Numbered from the whole stretch's first letter, positions 53,101-62,839 are shown. The stretch is DNA of 62,839 nt, filler included, from Gemmatimonadota bacterium (GCA_003697105.1; 6 parts of 5 records of this genome joined end to end with filler, not necessarily neighbours in it); one strand, 5' to 3'. Numbers and translations: made by a program. The notes: generated from the sequence alone by a model not told the origin.

Positions 53101-54773
53101 ATCTCTTTAATGAAACGATAGGTATAATCGATGCGGTTAGCGCGGATAGCTTCTTTAAGCTGACCCACAGTTTGTTCATCCCCACTGAACACGCTACCGA
53201 GTTTTAACAGGCTGGCGGCACTCCACTTATGCAATTTTTCCACTGCCGCTTTTTGCTCACTGGTACGGGGATGCAAGAGATGATTCCGGAAGTGATGTTC
53301 GATCTCTTGAAATGCTTCGCGTAAATCCAGCAACGCTTCGTTCATCCGGCTGGACGATGACTGTGGTTGAGCATATTCCACCCGTGTTACCGGTTCCGCC
53401 TCCGGAGCGGTGGGCTCCGCAACGATACGGCTGGGTTCATCCTGAATGATGCTGCGCCGTTCCCGGGTCTCACCTACATGGGGGAGCAAGCCACGAAACA
53501 GAATCCCGCCACCGGTTAGATTGAGTAAAATGCCGGACATCCCAATTGGCAGGATCAAGTGCTGCAATTGGGGCATATCTGGAAGCCATGCCATTGCCAA
53601 AACCAGAATAAATTCCCCCTGTGGCAGAAATCCTGCCCACGCATTGCGGCGGAATGCCGCCGATTTTTTTAAGAGCCTTGCCGCTAAATAACCTCCGGTG
53701 AAAATGGCACATACCCGAATCAGAATGATCAGAATTGAAAGTAGCAATACGCTGTTGAACGGGACCGCCGAAAGTTCCAACTGGTGTGCCAGAAGTACGA
53801 AAAACATCAAGTATAGGATAGGTAACGCCGGTTTGAGTTGATCAATGAGGGCTTGCTTGCCGGTGTTGACCAGCACCACTCCGGCAACGAACGCCGAGAG
53901 GATCGGGTCGAATTGGAAAAACGGAATGTAATGATGGACGTAAATTGCGTGCAACGCGAGGGCGAGTATCCCGCCGGTAAGGACAATTAGGGTCTCTTGC
54001 GGGAAATAACGCTCAATAAACATCACCCCTAGCCCGAATAGCAGTCCCGTGAGGATGGACATGCCAATCTGCCCGAAAAGTGCCCCGGTCTGAAATGGGA
54101 TGCCAAAGGGTTCGCCAGAGAATAGATAAAATAGACCTCCCATTATTAGGATTGCCGCCACATTTTTGAGGACTACTGCTTGTAGAATTAGATCGGTGGC
54201 GGTGCCTTCGGATTCACTCTCGTGGATAATGGCGTGTGTGGTACTAGGTGAGGTCGTGCTCATTAGCACCGCACCAAATGCCGCGCCAACATAGATTATA
54301 CCGGAAGTCCGAATTCCAGCGGGGATCAACGCGGGAAAGAAGGTTCCACACAACATGATTACCCCGAAAACCGCACCCATTGTCAGAATCAGCGGAAACA
54401 GCATCCATAACAGACTTTCCACTTGAAGGCGCTGGCGAAAATGAAAATAACGGCTGATGTAAAGGATGATTAGAGCCAGGCAGGTATCGTACAAAAAGTG
54501 GAGGGGTTGGAGAAACAACGCCGATTGCCAGTTGGAGGGCACACCTAGCCACTGCCAGAGTATTGAAGTGGTTAATAACCCAACCCCAAACCCGGCAACG
54601 CTGGCCGGTATATCAATACGCTGTGCCAACCGCCCGAGGACATACGCCGTAAGAAAAACACCTCCCAAGCCCAAAATAGAGATCGCCCACATCGCTATTA
54701 CCGGCTGTTGCCATAAATAGGGCAGTAGGATAATCAAGCTGACAAAGAGGAGGATGAGAATACGTTTGTACAT
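50139..54773 (-). CDS. 1544-aa fusion: cation:proton antiporter (CPA2-like) TM domain, long helical region, C-terminal P-loop AAA+/STAND-like ATPase with wHTH
   Basis: About 13 TMs with STTSPSTT...ESESEG and GFLPQG motifs; LIGRESEL, Walker [21 protein letters not shown]. Confidence 0.8.
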   Translation of the reverse strand: MYKRILILLFVSLIILLPYLWQQPVIAMWAISILGLGGVFLTAYVLGRLAQRIDIPASVAGFGVGLLTTSILWQWLGVPSNWQSALFLQPLHFLYDTCLALIILYISRYFHFRQRLQVESLLWMLFPLILTMGAVFGVIMLCGTFFPALIPAGIRTSGIIYVGAAFGAVLMSTTSPSTTHAIIHESESEGTATDLILQAVVLKNVAAILIMGGLFYLFSGEPFGIPFQTGALFGQIGMSILTGLLFGLGVMFIERYFPQETLIVLTGGILALALHAIYVHHYIPFFQFDPILSAFVAGVVLVNTGKQALIDQLKPALPILYLMFFVLLAHQLELSAVPFNSVLLLSILIILIRVCAIFTGGYLAARLLKKSAAFRRNAWAGFLPQGEFILVLAMAWLPDMPQLQHLILPIGMSGILLNLTGGGILFRGLLPHVGETRERRSIIQDEPSRIVAEPTAPEAEPVTRVEYAQPQSSSSRMNEALLDLREAFQEIEHHFRNHLLHPRTSEQKAAVEKLHKWSAASLLKLGSVFSGDEQTVGQLKEAIRANRIDYTYRFIKEIDTIRREYTDTESLERFARNLLNDIDTLSELGKTYLVNQNEARFTPQPGDSPKIRVLKALKRIRRELYRLFNANYQFTHIVPLQPVIKFVMSRDFPEKFLFLMNLIGYQRLFMLQKSQIIFEEMIASNQALLLYLDGITGETLVAEDLKTYLENLRKELRETYEFTRTELDRLEADISEELHRVLVETYNQILRETEIVGTVERPAKSFNFSQIYAKSERKKAEITENIRNWRNIHQGFCGRFSLRMEIVLIEGRVRNIVDETNFNIRRNTSSQFKQFLMDAKQHCQTSMEAIVKAYTIDRHHWMHTVQAERDELLDLLQHRTVQKIANIPTTTRLESLVDIMLRRFHELSGKSPDAYPVVDSHYFDLNERTLPDTVVVQYVPLRETVRSFLEIEFTRSLGDVSAQIREEAEKISQMVVEATRVIEFNLGAAIEEFAALPDDAEIDFGDLLRETSQFTSDPQPEGTLTAREAIQHVQKLAIGGIKAVISRLDELIEEVDAFNDQLAENIIQKAAYSVRRLGEKLTQFGSKQGTVLIPEDQNFRQWMWITTRALNRQRERLENWWETRYGHPPAPVSATELQHQRIEQRLREIQHIHPHHLNVAQTQHLSFIYQRLFSFKPLEIEDFLIGRESELATIQLLQQHWLNGAPVNIAIVGEKGSGKTSLINIALKTHFTGWTHRQVIFTETVRSERELAAHLAQALEIAPTDAPTLETIRTHLLKLRGQQVFVVEHLHKLYLKKIGGFAVLNSFLHLVQETQSHVLWITSIHHYAWDYLQHASSLAAFFNEPIFVDTLSATDIRRAIEVRHTISGKHLEFTSPETAPAPSWWKFREKSVSPTESEEQKKIQFFNRLADIADGNIFIALYVWLHAITNDETDENRLRAVEPVMPQVPILEQLDWEPLLTLGAIAQHGTLQVEELAEIFAIDRTEATALLAELHHHYLIYQPTPPAHGYSLNPIVYRQIIRKLQQLNILSYPAKPDIPLDKSH

Positions 54774-54777
54774 GGGT

Positions 54778-55242
54778 CTAATGCGAGTGTCCCGTTATTT
54801 CATGGAACATCTCCAAAGCGTGTTGGTACTCCGCTAAATTCATAATCCACAGGCTGATGGTGGCTTTTCCCCAGTTTGTGTTGGCGTTATCAAAATCAGT
54901 AACCAACCTGTCTAGGATATCTTCGGGGAGTTGGGGTGGGTTTTCTAAGCTCTGCACAAGTGCCTTCGGATTTATTGGTTGGGACACTTCCAGATAGTCT
55001 AGAAATGCCATCGTCCATGCCGTAAAAATCTTGGGGTCCTCAACCTGGTATTTCTGTTTTAGCCAGTTTGTGACATTATTGACCTGAGTTAGCTCCAAAA
55101 AGCTCAAACTCTCGAGGTTTTGGGTTAGTTTCGGCATATATTTATGTAATGATTCCATTACCTCCGGCGGGATGGACTGTGCGGTGCGTTTATGGAAATT
55201 GTTTAGCAAGGCGTTAATCTGTTCCTGTGTGATTTTTTTCAC
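54778..55242 (-). CDS. Hypothetical helical protein (possibly 5'-truncated)
   Basis: GTG start 8 nt after AAGGAG; frame stays open to the contig end; stop 4 nt before the fusion gene start. Confidence 0.65.
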   Translation of the reverse strand: MKKITQEQINALLNNFHKRTAQSIPPEVMESLHKYMPKLTQNLESLSFLELTQVNNVTNWLKQKYQVEDPKIFTAWTMAFLDYLEVSQPINPKALVQSLENPPQLPEDILDRLVTDFDNANTNWGKATISLWIMNLAEYQHALEMFHEITGHSH

Positions 55243-55261
55243 CGGCAATTCTCCTTGAGTG

Positions 55262-55361
55262 NNNNNNNNNNNNNNNNNNNNNNNNNNNNNNNNNNNNNNN
55301 NNNNNTTAATTAATTAANNNNNNNNNNNNNNNNNNNNNNNNNNNNNNNNNNNNNNNNNNNN
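55262..55361. other. Artificial contig linker
   Basis: N44-TTAATTAATTAA-N44. Confidence 0.99.
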
Positions 55362-55435
55362 ATGTACGACTATTATATCAAAAAAGAAAACCCGTTTGTA
55401 TGGGATATTTCCGAAACCACCAAACAGGTGAAAGC

Positions 55436-55741
55436 CTAATCATCCGTCTGGATCAATTTGGATAAGGGCTTATGGTGAGGATTTTTAGCAACGACCCGGA
55501 TTGCCGCCGTAATCCCAAGAATCACATCCGTGATAAGTTGTTGTCCTTCACGGGATTGTGAAATTTTTTGAGCTTGCCCCCCGGTGGTATCAAAATAGCG
55601 GGGTCTAATGTGGTTGAGGGCATAGGTGGCAATATCCAGCTTGCACCGGTCACAGGTGCAAATGTCTTTCCACCGGTCAAGTTCCGTATCCAAATTTGCC
55701 CAAACCAATTCCTCCACATAATTCCGTAATTTATCTTTCAT
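55436..55741 (-). CDS. ComFB (late competence development) family protein
   Basis: NYVEELV, CTCDRCKLDIATYALNHIRPRY, VAKNPHH. Confidence 0.92.
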   Translation of the reverse strand: MKDKLRNYVEELVWANLDTELDRWKDICTCDRCKLDIATYALNHIRPRYFDTTGGQAQKISQSREGQQLITDVILGITAAIRVVAKNPHHKPLSKLIQTDD

Positions 55742-55989
55742 TATGTTGACTCCATCGTTGAGGTTTCAGAAAAGTCTATCGGAATTACTTTATTTCAAGA
55801 CGAGCAGATTGTCAAGTAAAAAGCAAAGCGAATATAGATCGAACTTAACACATTCAAAATAAAAGAGATAAACCCCTTCCACGCCATACGGAAAAAGCCT
55901 TGACAACACCTATCAATTATGATAATCTAAACGTCTCATTTATTAACCGAACTCACTCCTGATTGACTTTATACGGGAAAGGACGTGCA

Positions 55990-58098
55990 ATGAATCTTAA
56001 TCAAGTTAAAACGGATGATCTGCGTAATGTTGCCATTGTAGGACATGGTAATTGTGGTAAAACGACTCTGGTAGAATCGATGCTACACTTAGCGGGGATG
56101 AGTGACCGCTTTGGCAGTGTCGATAATGGTACAACGGTCTCGGATTATGATCCGTATGAAATTGAGAAAAAGCAGAGCATTAATCTCACCCCCTGTTATG
56201 CGGTTTGGCAAGATAAAAAGATCAATATTTTGGATACACCCGGTTACCCGGATTATCTGGGTGAAGTCGTTGCCGCAATCCGTGCGGTAGAAGCCGCCGT
56301 CATCGTCATTGATGCGGAATCTGGAGTAGAAGTGGTCACGGAAAAAGTCTGGCAATATGCCGAAGAGGATCAACTGCCAAAGTTTGTTTTTGTCAATAAA
56401 ATTGATAAAGAAAACGCTAAATTTGATGAAGCCATTGAATCCATTAAACACGATCTGGAAAAAGAAGTCGTCCCCTTGCAAGTCCCAATCGGTGAAGGGA
56501 AAAATTTTAAAGGATTTGTGGATTTGCTGAACCTAAAAGCCTACACTATTGATGATCCGGCATCCGGCAATCCGGCAACCGAAATGGATGAAATTCCCGC
56601 AGAAGCCCAAGAATTGGTGGCGAAATACCGTGATAAGTTACTCGATTCGATTGCCGAAACCGATGAAGAATTGATGATGAAGTATCTGGAAGGTGAAGAC
56701 ATGAGCGAGGAAGAGATCATCAAAGGCTTGCATGATGGTATCAGTGATTGCAGTATCGTACCGGCGCTGGTCGGTTCCGCATCGAACAATCGCGGCGTAA
56801 AATCGCTCCTCAATGCTATTGTGAAATACTTCCCGCACCCTCAAGATCATCACGCCATTAAAGCCAAAAAAGAAGGCAGTGATGACGAGGTCAAAATTCA
56901 TGCTGATCCCACCGCTCCGGTGGTGTTGCAAATTTTTAAGATGCTCTCCCAACAACATGTGGGTGAATTGGCATTTTTCCGGGTCTTCTCTGGAACATTG
57001 GAAACGGGTACAGACCTAGTCAATACGTTTAATAATGAAACCGAGCGCATCAACCAGATCGGGATTATGAATGGTAAAAAACGCACCGATGTGAAAAAAC
57101 TGGTTGCTGGCGATATTGGCGCCTTTCTCAAGCTTAAAAATTCCCACACGGGTGATACCTTGTGTGATAAGTCATCGCCGGTTGTATTGCCTGAGATTCC
57201 CTTCCCGAAACCGGTAATCAATAGCGCTATCGAACTGGAATCCAAAGGGGATGAGGATAAACTGGGTGAAGGGTTAGCGAAATTATCCCAAGAAGACCCC
57301 ACGTTTGTCTGGAAATATGACTCCAACATCAAACAGACGATCATCTCTGGGATGGGTGAAGGGCATCTGGACATTATGATGAAGCGTTTAAAAGACCGCT
57401 ATAATTTGCAAGTGAAAATGGTCGAACCGCGAATCCCCTACCGGGAAACCATCCGCCGCAAAGTAGAAGTACAGGGCAAATACAAAAAACAATCCGGCGG
57501 ACGCGGCCAATACGGGGATGCCTGGATCCGCTTTGAACCGCAGCCCCGCGGTGCCGGCTTTGAGTTTGTGGATGCCATTGTCGGTGGGGTCATTCCGGGT
57601 AAATTTCTCCCTGCCGTGGAAAAAGGAATCATTGGTGCAATGCAAGAAGGCGTCATTGCCGGTTATCCCGTAGTGGATATTAAAGCAACGGCATACGATG
57701 GCTCGCACCACCCGGTCGATTCTTCGGAAAATGCATTTAAGATGGCGGGTAGTTTGGCACTGAAAAAAGCCATGACGGAAGGAGGCGCTGATCCCGTCAT
57801 TTTAGAGCCGATCTACAACGTGGAAATTATTATCCCAGAGGAATATTTAGGCGACGTAATGGGAGACGTGAGCTCCCGTCGGGGTCGGGTGCAAGGCATG
57901 GAAGCTAAAGGCCGGAAACAGATCGTCAAAGCCCAAATTCCATTAGCGGAATTGTACAAATATTCCACCGTTTTGCGCTCCATGACGCAAGGACGTGGAA
58001 TGCATACCCGCGAGTTCAGCCATTACGAAGAAGCCCCCCGCGATGTGCAAAAAAAATTGATGGAGGAATACCAGAAAGCACGTGCCGAGGGTCACTAG
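55990..58098 (+). CDS. fusA: Elongation factor G paralog (EF-G II type)
   Basis: GHGNCGKTT, DTPG, NKID, GMGEGHL, KKQSGGRGQY, LRSMTQGRG; lacks the AHIDAGKTT/RGITI motifs of canonical EF-G I. Confidence 0.92.
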   Translation: MNLNQVKTDDLRNVAIVGHGNCGKTTLVESMLHLAGMSDRFGSVDNGTTVSDYDPYEIEKKQSINLTPCYAVWQDKKINILDTPGYPDYLGEVVAAIRAVEAAVIVIDAESGVEVVTEKVWQYAEEDQLPKFVFVNKIDKENAKFDEAIESIKHDLEKEVVPLQVPIGEGKNFKGFVDLLNLKAYTIDDPASGNPATEMDEIPAEAQELVAKYRDKLLDSIAETDEELMMKYLEGEDMSEEEIIKGLHDGISDCSIVPALVGSASNNRGVKSLLNAIVKYFPHPQDHHAIKAKKEGSDDEVKIHADPTAPVVLQIFKMLSQQHVGELAFFRVFSGTLETGTDLVNTFNNETERINQIGIMNGKKRTDVKKLVAGDIGAFLKLKNSHTGDTLCDKSSPVVLPEIPFPKPVINSAIELESKGDEDKLGEGLAKLSQEDPTFVWKYDSNIKQTIISGMGEGHLDIMMKRLKDRYNLQVKMVEPRIPYRETIRRKVEVQGKYKKQSGGRGQYGDAWIRFEPQPRGAGFEFVDAIVGGVIPGKFLPAVEKGIIGAMQEGVIAGYPVVDIKATAYDGSHHPVDSSENAFKMAGSLALKKAMTEGGADPVILEPIYNVEIIIPEEYLGDVMGDVSSRRGRVQGMEAKGRKQIVKAQIPLAELYKYSTVLRSMTQGRGMHTREFSHYEEAPRDVQKKLMEEYQKARAEGH

Positions 58099-58123
58099 AC
58101 GAGAAACCGAGTCTCCGAAATCT

Positions 58124-58166
58124 AAAAACCCCCCGCAGAATTCTTTCCGCGGGGGGTTTCATTTTT
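58124..58166. terminator. Bidirectional intrinsic terminator
   Basis: AAACCCCCCGC / GCGGGGGGTTT stem between convergent genes. Confidence 0.88.
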
Positions 58167-58182
58167 GGCACAACCCACAAAC

Positions 58183-59115
58183 TTACAGTTCCAACTTCTG
58201 CCGAAAGTACTCAATCGTTTTCTCAATTCCTTCTTCCAAAGATACTTTCGGTTCCCACTTGAGAATTTTCTTGGCTTTGCTAATATCGGGGCGCCGTACC
58301 GTCGGGTCATCCGTAGGTAATGGTTTGTACACAATTTCACTGGAACTCCCCGTCAATTGGATGATCGTCTCCGCAAACTCCAAAATAGACATTTCGTGCG
58401 GATTGCCGATGTTCGTTGGCTCATGCTCCTCGCTCCGCATCAAGCGGTAAATACCATCGATCAAATCATCCACATAACAAAACGAGCGTGTTTGCGAACC
58501 ATCGCCATACACGGTAATCGGCTCATTTTTCAGGGCTTGTTTGATAAAATTCGGCACGACCCGCCCGTCATTTAGGCGCATGCGGGGACCGTAGGTATTA
58601 AAAATACGGACAATCCGGGTATTGACGTTGTGATAACGGTGGTATGCCATCGTCATGGCTTCGGCAAAGCGTTTTGCTTCGTCATACACTCCACGCGGAC
58701 CGACCGGATTGACATTGCCCCAATATAATTCATGTTGCGGGTTGATCTGGGGGTCACCATACACTTCGGAGGTGGATGCCAAGAGAAAACCTGCCCCTTT
58801 TGCCTTGGCTAAGCCCAAAGCCTTATGTGTCCCTAATGACCCCACTTTTAGGGTTGGGATCGGCAATTCCAGATAATCAATCGGGCTAGCCGGACTGGCA
58901 AAGTGCAAAACAAAATCAACGTCACCTTCCACATAGATGTAATTGGTGACATCATGTTTAATAAACAAAAATCGTTCATCCCGAATATGGTCGATATTTG
59001 CCGTTGTTCCGGTTAAAAGATTGTCAATACAAATAACAGAATGTCCTTCTGCTAACAGCCGGTCACACAAGTGAGACCCCAAAAACCCAGCACCACCGGT
59101 CACTACCATTCGCAT
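58183..59115 (-). CDS. UDP-glucuronic acid decarboxylase (extended SDR)
   Basis: [43 protein letters not shown]. Confidence 0.95.
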   Translation of the reverse strand: MRMVVTGGAGFLGSHLCDRLLAEGHSVICIDNLLTGTTANIDHIRDERFLFIKHDVTNYIYVEGDVDFVLHFASPASPIDYLELPIPTLKVGSLGTHKALGLAKAKGAGFLLASTSEVYGDPQINPQHELYWGNVNPVGPRGVYDEAKRFAEAMTMAYHRYHNVNTRIVRIFNTYGPRMRLNDGRVVPNFIKQALKNEPITVYGDGSQTRSFCYVDDLIDGIYRLMRSEEHEPTNIGNPHEMSILEFAETIIQLTGSSSEIVYKPLPTDDPTVRRPDISKAKKILKWEPKVSLEEGIEKTIEYFRQKLEL

Positions 59116-59139
59116 AAACCCTCCAAAGCTTGAGTCAGT

Positions 59140-59670
59140 TCAAAGAGAACCGGCATGTTTCTCGTAAACCGGATTTTGGTTATATTCTTCTGATTTTCCC
59201 CGCGGAATGCTGAGAGATTCCCATGCCGGACCCACAAACACGCGAGCTAATAACACAATCTGACCCACATGATAGGCGGCATGCGCCAAAGATCGATGTA
59301 AGGCATCTGAGACTGTCAAATCCACTCCCCGGATGTGGACGGTTTTCGATAGATCGGCATCGGTTAGGGCGCCCACTTCACCCAATACGATCTCCCATGC
59401 CGCGTTCCACTGCTGGAGGAACTCCGCCCGGTCTTGCTGGGTCTCTTCAAACTCCCGATCCCGGTGACGCCACGGTTTTTCCCCATCTTCAGTTAAAAAA
59501 TGAGTAAATCGAGATTTGAGATTACCCGAAAGATGTTGTATTAAAATGGCGATAGAGTTCCCATCCTCACCTAAAACGCGATACAGATCGGCATCTTCAA
59601 CTTGAGCAATAGCACGTTCCACCAACGACTTATAGCGGCGATATTCAAATAGAATGGATTCAATGACCAT
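59140..59670 (-). CDS. DUF1572/DinB superfamily protein
   Basis: NSIA...HLSGNLKSRFT...DGEKPWRHRDREF, HAAYHVGQI, SLSIPRG. Confidence 0.9.
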   Translation of the reverse strand: MVIESILFEYRRYKSLVERAIAQVEDADLYRVLGEDGNSIAILIQHLSGNLKSRFTHFLTEDGEKPWRHRDREFEETQQDRAEFLQQWNAAWEIVLGEVGALTDADLSKTVHIRGVDLTVSDALHRSLAHAAYHVGQIVLLARVFVGPAWESLSIPRGKSEEYNQNPVYEKHAGSL

Positions 59671-59747
59671 CTAAAGAGTTCCTCCATTGGTTAGAGTAAA
59701 GGTAATGTACGATGTTTCACGCCGTTTACTGGATGACCCACCAAATC

Positions 59748-59847
59748 NNNNNNNNNNNNNNNNNNNNNNNNNNNNNNNNNNNNNNNNNNNNTTAATTAAT
59801 TAANNNNNNNNNNNNNNNNNNNNNNNNNNNNNNNNNNNNNNNNNNNN
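59748..59847. other. Artificial contig linker
   Basis: N44-TTAATTAATTAA-N44. Confidence 0.99.
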
Positions 59848-60190
59848 ATCAAAACCAAGCGTTTTGACCGGAAAAATCCTGATTTTTGACCGTTTTCCCC
59901 TGTTTTCAGGGCAGACGATCCCCTGAGGGCAAATCTCTGTTTTTTTTTGAGAAGCGCGCTGTCCGTGATTCAATCCTTCCGGCTTTCCTTTACTTTCGTG
60001 TCTTTTTCATGTAGGGTCTGAGAGCAGCACCGGTATTTACAGAAACGAGCGTCACCCTCATGGCTTTTTTTGCACAATTTCAGCTCTTTTTTCGTTTCAA
60101 TCGCTGATATTCTGTTTGCGGATGGACTCCTTTCAGATGGAGGATAAAATCGGGTTTACACCTCAAATCTGATGTTGGGAAGTCTGTCAA

Positions 60191-60253
60191 GGGTGAAGCG
60201 TTTGCGTCGACCGGCGACGTACCGCCAACGCGTAAAGACGGAACGCTTCACCC
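60191..60253. repeat. Inverted repeat / nested hairpin
   Basis: GGGTGAAGCGTT / AACGCTTCACCC 12-bp perfect arms with inner CGTC/GACG and GGCG/CGCC pairings. Confidence 0.8.
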
Positions 60254-60374
60254 GTTTAAATAAGATAGACTTCGTTATCTCTTATAAGCGTATAATTTAT
60301 CGACTTTTCCTCTTGACTTCTGCTGAAAATATACTATTTTCTGTTCCAGATAAGCATATCTATTTTTAGTTTAG

Positions 60375-60425
60375 ATGGTATCAACAGTGGTATTATATCC
60401 GGTTTACTACCACTGTTGATACCAT
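60375..60425. repeat. Perfect 18-bp inverted repeat with 15-nt spacer
   Basis: ATGGTATCAACAGTGGTA / TACCACTGTTGATACCAT. Confidence 0.95.
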
Positions 60426-60494
60426 TTTTAGCATACATTGATAGGGTTTTGATTTTATTATATCCCATACACCTATCATAAAGAGGCGTTTCAG

Positions 60495-60875
60495 ATGGGT
60501 GAGCAGAGCGTCCAAAGCTTGTTGCCACGTGTGGTGCCGGGAAAAACGGTAGATAAGCAAGAGATGATCGAACACATCAAAGAGCGAACCGGTTTTCATA
60601 AGAGTGACATTGTGGCAATGCTGGCGGAAATTGAAGATACCTTATTACATTTTTTAAAGATGGGGCGTCCGGTACGGTTGGAGGGGATTGGTCTCTTTAC
60701 CACCTCGGTGCGGCTCAATGGGGAAGTTAAGGTTCATTTCCGGTTGGAAACTCATCTGAAGGAGCAGTTAAATCTTAGTGGGGCATATACCGGTCAGATC
60801 AAAAATAAAAACCACATTGGTAAATCTTTAGCTGATTTGCAACAGATTGCCCAAAGTAATGGGGGGTCTTCTTAA
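60495..60875 (+). CDS. HU/IHF-like DNA-binding protein (Bacteroidota extended histone-like type)
   Basis: EMIEHIKERTGFHKSDIVAML...LKMGRPVRLEGIGLF...VHFR. Confidence 0.8.
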   Translation: MGEQSVQSLLPRVVPGKTVDKQEMIEHIKERTGFHKSDIVAMLAEIEDTLLHFLKMGRPVRLEGIGLFTTSVRLNGEVKVHFRLETHLKEQLNLSGAYTGQIKNKNHIGKSLADLQQIAQSNGGSS

Positions 60876-61054
60876 TGTCTGCTATTTTTGTGATGATTGG
60901 TGCCAGTTTAATTGTAGCACTGGGGTTTCTTAGTGCGTTTATTTGGGCGGTACGGAACGGTCAATTTGAGGATTCATATACCCCTTCCATCCGCATGTTA
61001 TTTGACGATAAATCCACTCAACATCCAACAAATCCATCTTCTAAAGAGGAGTAG
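60875..61054 (+). CDS. ccoS: cbb3-type oxidase assembly protein CcoS (59 aa, not in ORF track)
   Basis: MSAIFVMIGASLIVALGFLSAFIWAVRNGQFEDSYTPSIRMLFDD; WAVxxGQFED signature. Confidence 0.93.
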   Translation: MSAIFVMIGASLIVALGFLSAFIWAVRNGQFEDSYTPSIRMLFDDKSTQHPTNPSSKEE

Positions 61055-61061
61055 GTTCCGA

Positions 61062-62839
61062 ATGTCACAGACACGAGTTGAGTCGTTTAGCTACGATAAT
61101 GCGATCGTGCGCGACTTCGCCATTGCCTCGATTATTTTTGGAATCGTGGGCTTTACCGTGGGTGTGCTGATAGCCATCCAACTTTTCATTCCAGAAGCCA
61201 GTTTGGGCTTACCGTTTACCACGTATGGTCGAATTCGGCCGTTACACACCAATGCGGTCATCTTTGCCTTTGTGGGTAACGCTATTTTTATGGGAGTTTA
61301 TTATTCTCTTCAGCGCCTTTGCAAAGCCCGTATGTTCAGTGATGTCCTCAGCCGGATTCACTTTTGGGGATGGCAATTGATCATTGTTGCGGCAGCCATT
61401 ACACTCCCGCTGGGTATCACCACCAGTAAGGAATATGCGGAGCTGGAGTGGCCCATTGATATTGCCATCACTTTAGTGTGGGTCGTTTTTGGGATTAATA
61501 TGCTGGGCACGATTTTGAAGCGGCGGGAAAAGCATCTTTATGTTGCCATTTGGTTTTATTTGGCGACCTTTTTTGCGGTTGCCATGCTCCATGTGGTGAA
61601 TTCTTTTGAATTGCCGGTTCATTTTCTCAAGAGCTATTCGCTTTACGCCGGGGTTCAGGATGCTTTAGTTCAATGGTGGTATGGGCACAACGCCGTTGCT
61701 TTTTTTCTGACTACCCCCTATTTGGGGCTGATGTACTATTATCTTCCCAAAGCGGCACAGCGTCCGGTGTACTCCTATCGCTTATCTATTATCCATTTTT
61801 GGTCATTGATTTTCATCTACATTTGGGCAGGTCCGCATCACTTGTTATACTCAACGTTGCCGGATTGGGCACAATCATTGGGTGTGACATTCTCGATTAT
61901 GTTGATCGCGCCCTCATGGGGGGGGATGATCAACGGTCTCCTCACCTTGCGCGGTGCTTGGGATCGGGTGCGGGAAGATGCGATTCTAAAATTCATGGTG
62001 GTTGCGGTGACTGGTTACGGGATGGCGACGTTTGAAGGCCCCATGCACTCCTTGAAAACCGTCAATGCCATTTCACACTTTACGGACTGGATTCCGGCGC
62101 ATGTTCATGTTGGTACACTGGCATGGAATGGCTTCTTGACGTTTGGCATTTTGTATTGGCTCATTCCGCGCCTTTTTAACACCAAACTCCATTCACCAAA
62201 ATTAGCGAATGCGCATTTCTGGATCGGTTCGTTGGGGATTGTCTTTTGGGTGGTACCCATGTATATCTCTGGATTCACACAAGGCTTGATGTGGAAACAA
62301 TTTACCGCTGATGGCTTTTTGAAATACCCGATCTTTCTGGAAACAGTGACCCAACTTGTCCCCATGTATATGATCCGGGCAATCGGCGGTGCTTTTTATT
62401 TGATAGGGGCTGTGATTATGACGTATAATCTGTTCCGTACGATGGCGGCAGGCTCATTTGTGGCCAATGAAGAAGCCACTGCACCGGTTGTTCCCAAAGT
62501 AACCGCCCCGGTCAAAGCAAATACACACTGGCATCACTGGATTGAAAGTCGCGCCATTTTATTTTCCGTTTTGGTCGTAGTCGCTGTGGCGATTGGCGGT
62601 ATTGTAGAGATGGTACCCATGTGGGTGGTAAAATCCAATATCCCGACGATTTCCAGTGTACAACCCTACACACCGCTGGAATTAGAAGGGCGAGACCTAT
62701 ATATCCGGGAAGCCTGTAATAGTTGCCATTCGCAGTTGATACGTCCGTTTCGTTCGGAGACGGAGCGCTATGGGGAATATTCCAAATCCGGGGAATTTGT
62801 GTATGACCACCCCTTTTTATGGGGCTCGCGGCGAATGGG
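61062..62839 (+). CDS. ccoN: Fused cbb3-type cytochrome c oxidase subunits I/II (CcoN-CcoO), runs off the window end (not in ORF track)
   Basis: Manual translation: GRIRPLHTN, QWWYGHNAVAF, WAGPHHL, HVHVG; continues without a stop into PYTPLELEGRDLYIREACNSCHSQ (CxxCH of CcoO). Confidence 0.96.
   Translation, partial: MSQTRVESFSYDNAIVRDFAIASIIFGIVGFTVGVLIAIQLFIPEASLGLPFTTYGRIRPLHTNAVIFAFVGNAIFMGVYYSLQRLCKARMFSDVLSRIHFWGWQLIIVAAAITLPLGITTSKEYAELEWPIDIAITLVWVVFGINMLGTILKRREKHLYVAIWFYLATFFAVAMLHVVNSFELPVHFLKSYSLYAGVQDALVQWWYGHNAVAFFLTTPYLGLMYYYLPKAAQRPVYSYRLSIIHFWSLIFIYIWAGPHHLLYSTLPDWAQSLGVTFSIMLIAPSWGGMINGLLTLRGAWDRVREDAILKFMVVAVTGYGMATFEGPMHSLKTVNAISHFTDWIPAHVHVGTLAWNGFLTFGILYWLIPRLFNTKLHSPKLANAHFWIGSLGIVFWVVPMYISGFTQGLMWKQFTADGFLKYPIFLETVTQLVPMYMIRAIGGAFYLIGAVIMTYNLFRTMAAGSFVANEEATAPVVPKVTAPVKANTHWHHWIESRAILFSVLVVVAVAIGGIVEMVPMWVVKSNIPTISSVQPYTPLELEGRDLYIREACNSCHSQLIRPFRSETERYGEYSKSGEFVYDHPFLWGSRRM

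Noticed and set aside
61673-62365. ORF-track calls 61673..62035 (+) and 62105..62365 (-)
   Set aside because: Off-frame or antisense within the real ccoNO gene

Overview
This window is six contig fragments of one bacterial draft genome, joined by artificial 100-bp N44-TTAATTAATTAA-N44 linkers (3388-3487, 16978-17077, 23312-23411, 55262-55361, 59748-59847), so adjacency across a linker has no biological meaning. A secreted protein ending in a 'QNYPNPFNPSTTI...SGVYVYRL' FlgD/Por-like domain and a fused ccoNO suggest an FCB-superphylum lineage (inference). Content is mostly core and metabolic: DUF1015-serA-serC, a DUF2723/TPR glycosyltransferase, a heterodimeric ABC exporter operon, a BNR-repeat secreted protein, tRNA-His, a TolC/MFP/RND efflux operon, Pat acetyltransferase, methionine gamma-lyase, comF with a two-component pair, atpIBEFHAGDC, prfA, rex, archease, capA, gyrA, ComFB, an EF-G paralog and UDP-glucuronate decarboxylase. 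A ccoS and a fused ccoNO are missing from the ORF track. Best leads: (1) a leader ORF plus twin terminators with interchangeable arms ahead of an ABC-methyltransferase-GNAT-ABC operon; (2) a 1544-aa cation:proton-antiporter/helical/STAND-like ATPase fusion; (3) a near-consensus Rex operator at the ATP synthase promoter; (4) DUF1015 occupying the serB slot; (5) AACTC-core tandem repeats and apparent ACCGGT over-representation. No CRISPR, rRNA, integrase or transposase was seen. All family calls come from motif recognition by eye, not database searches.
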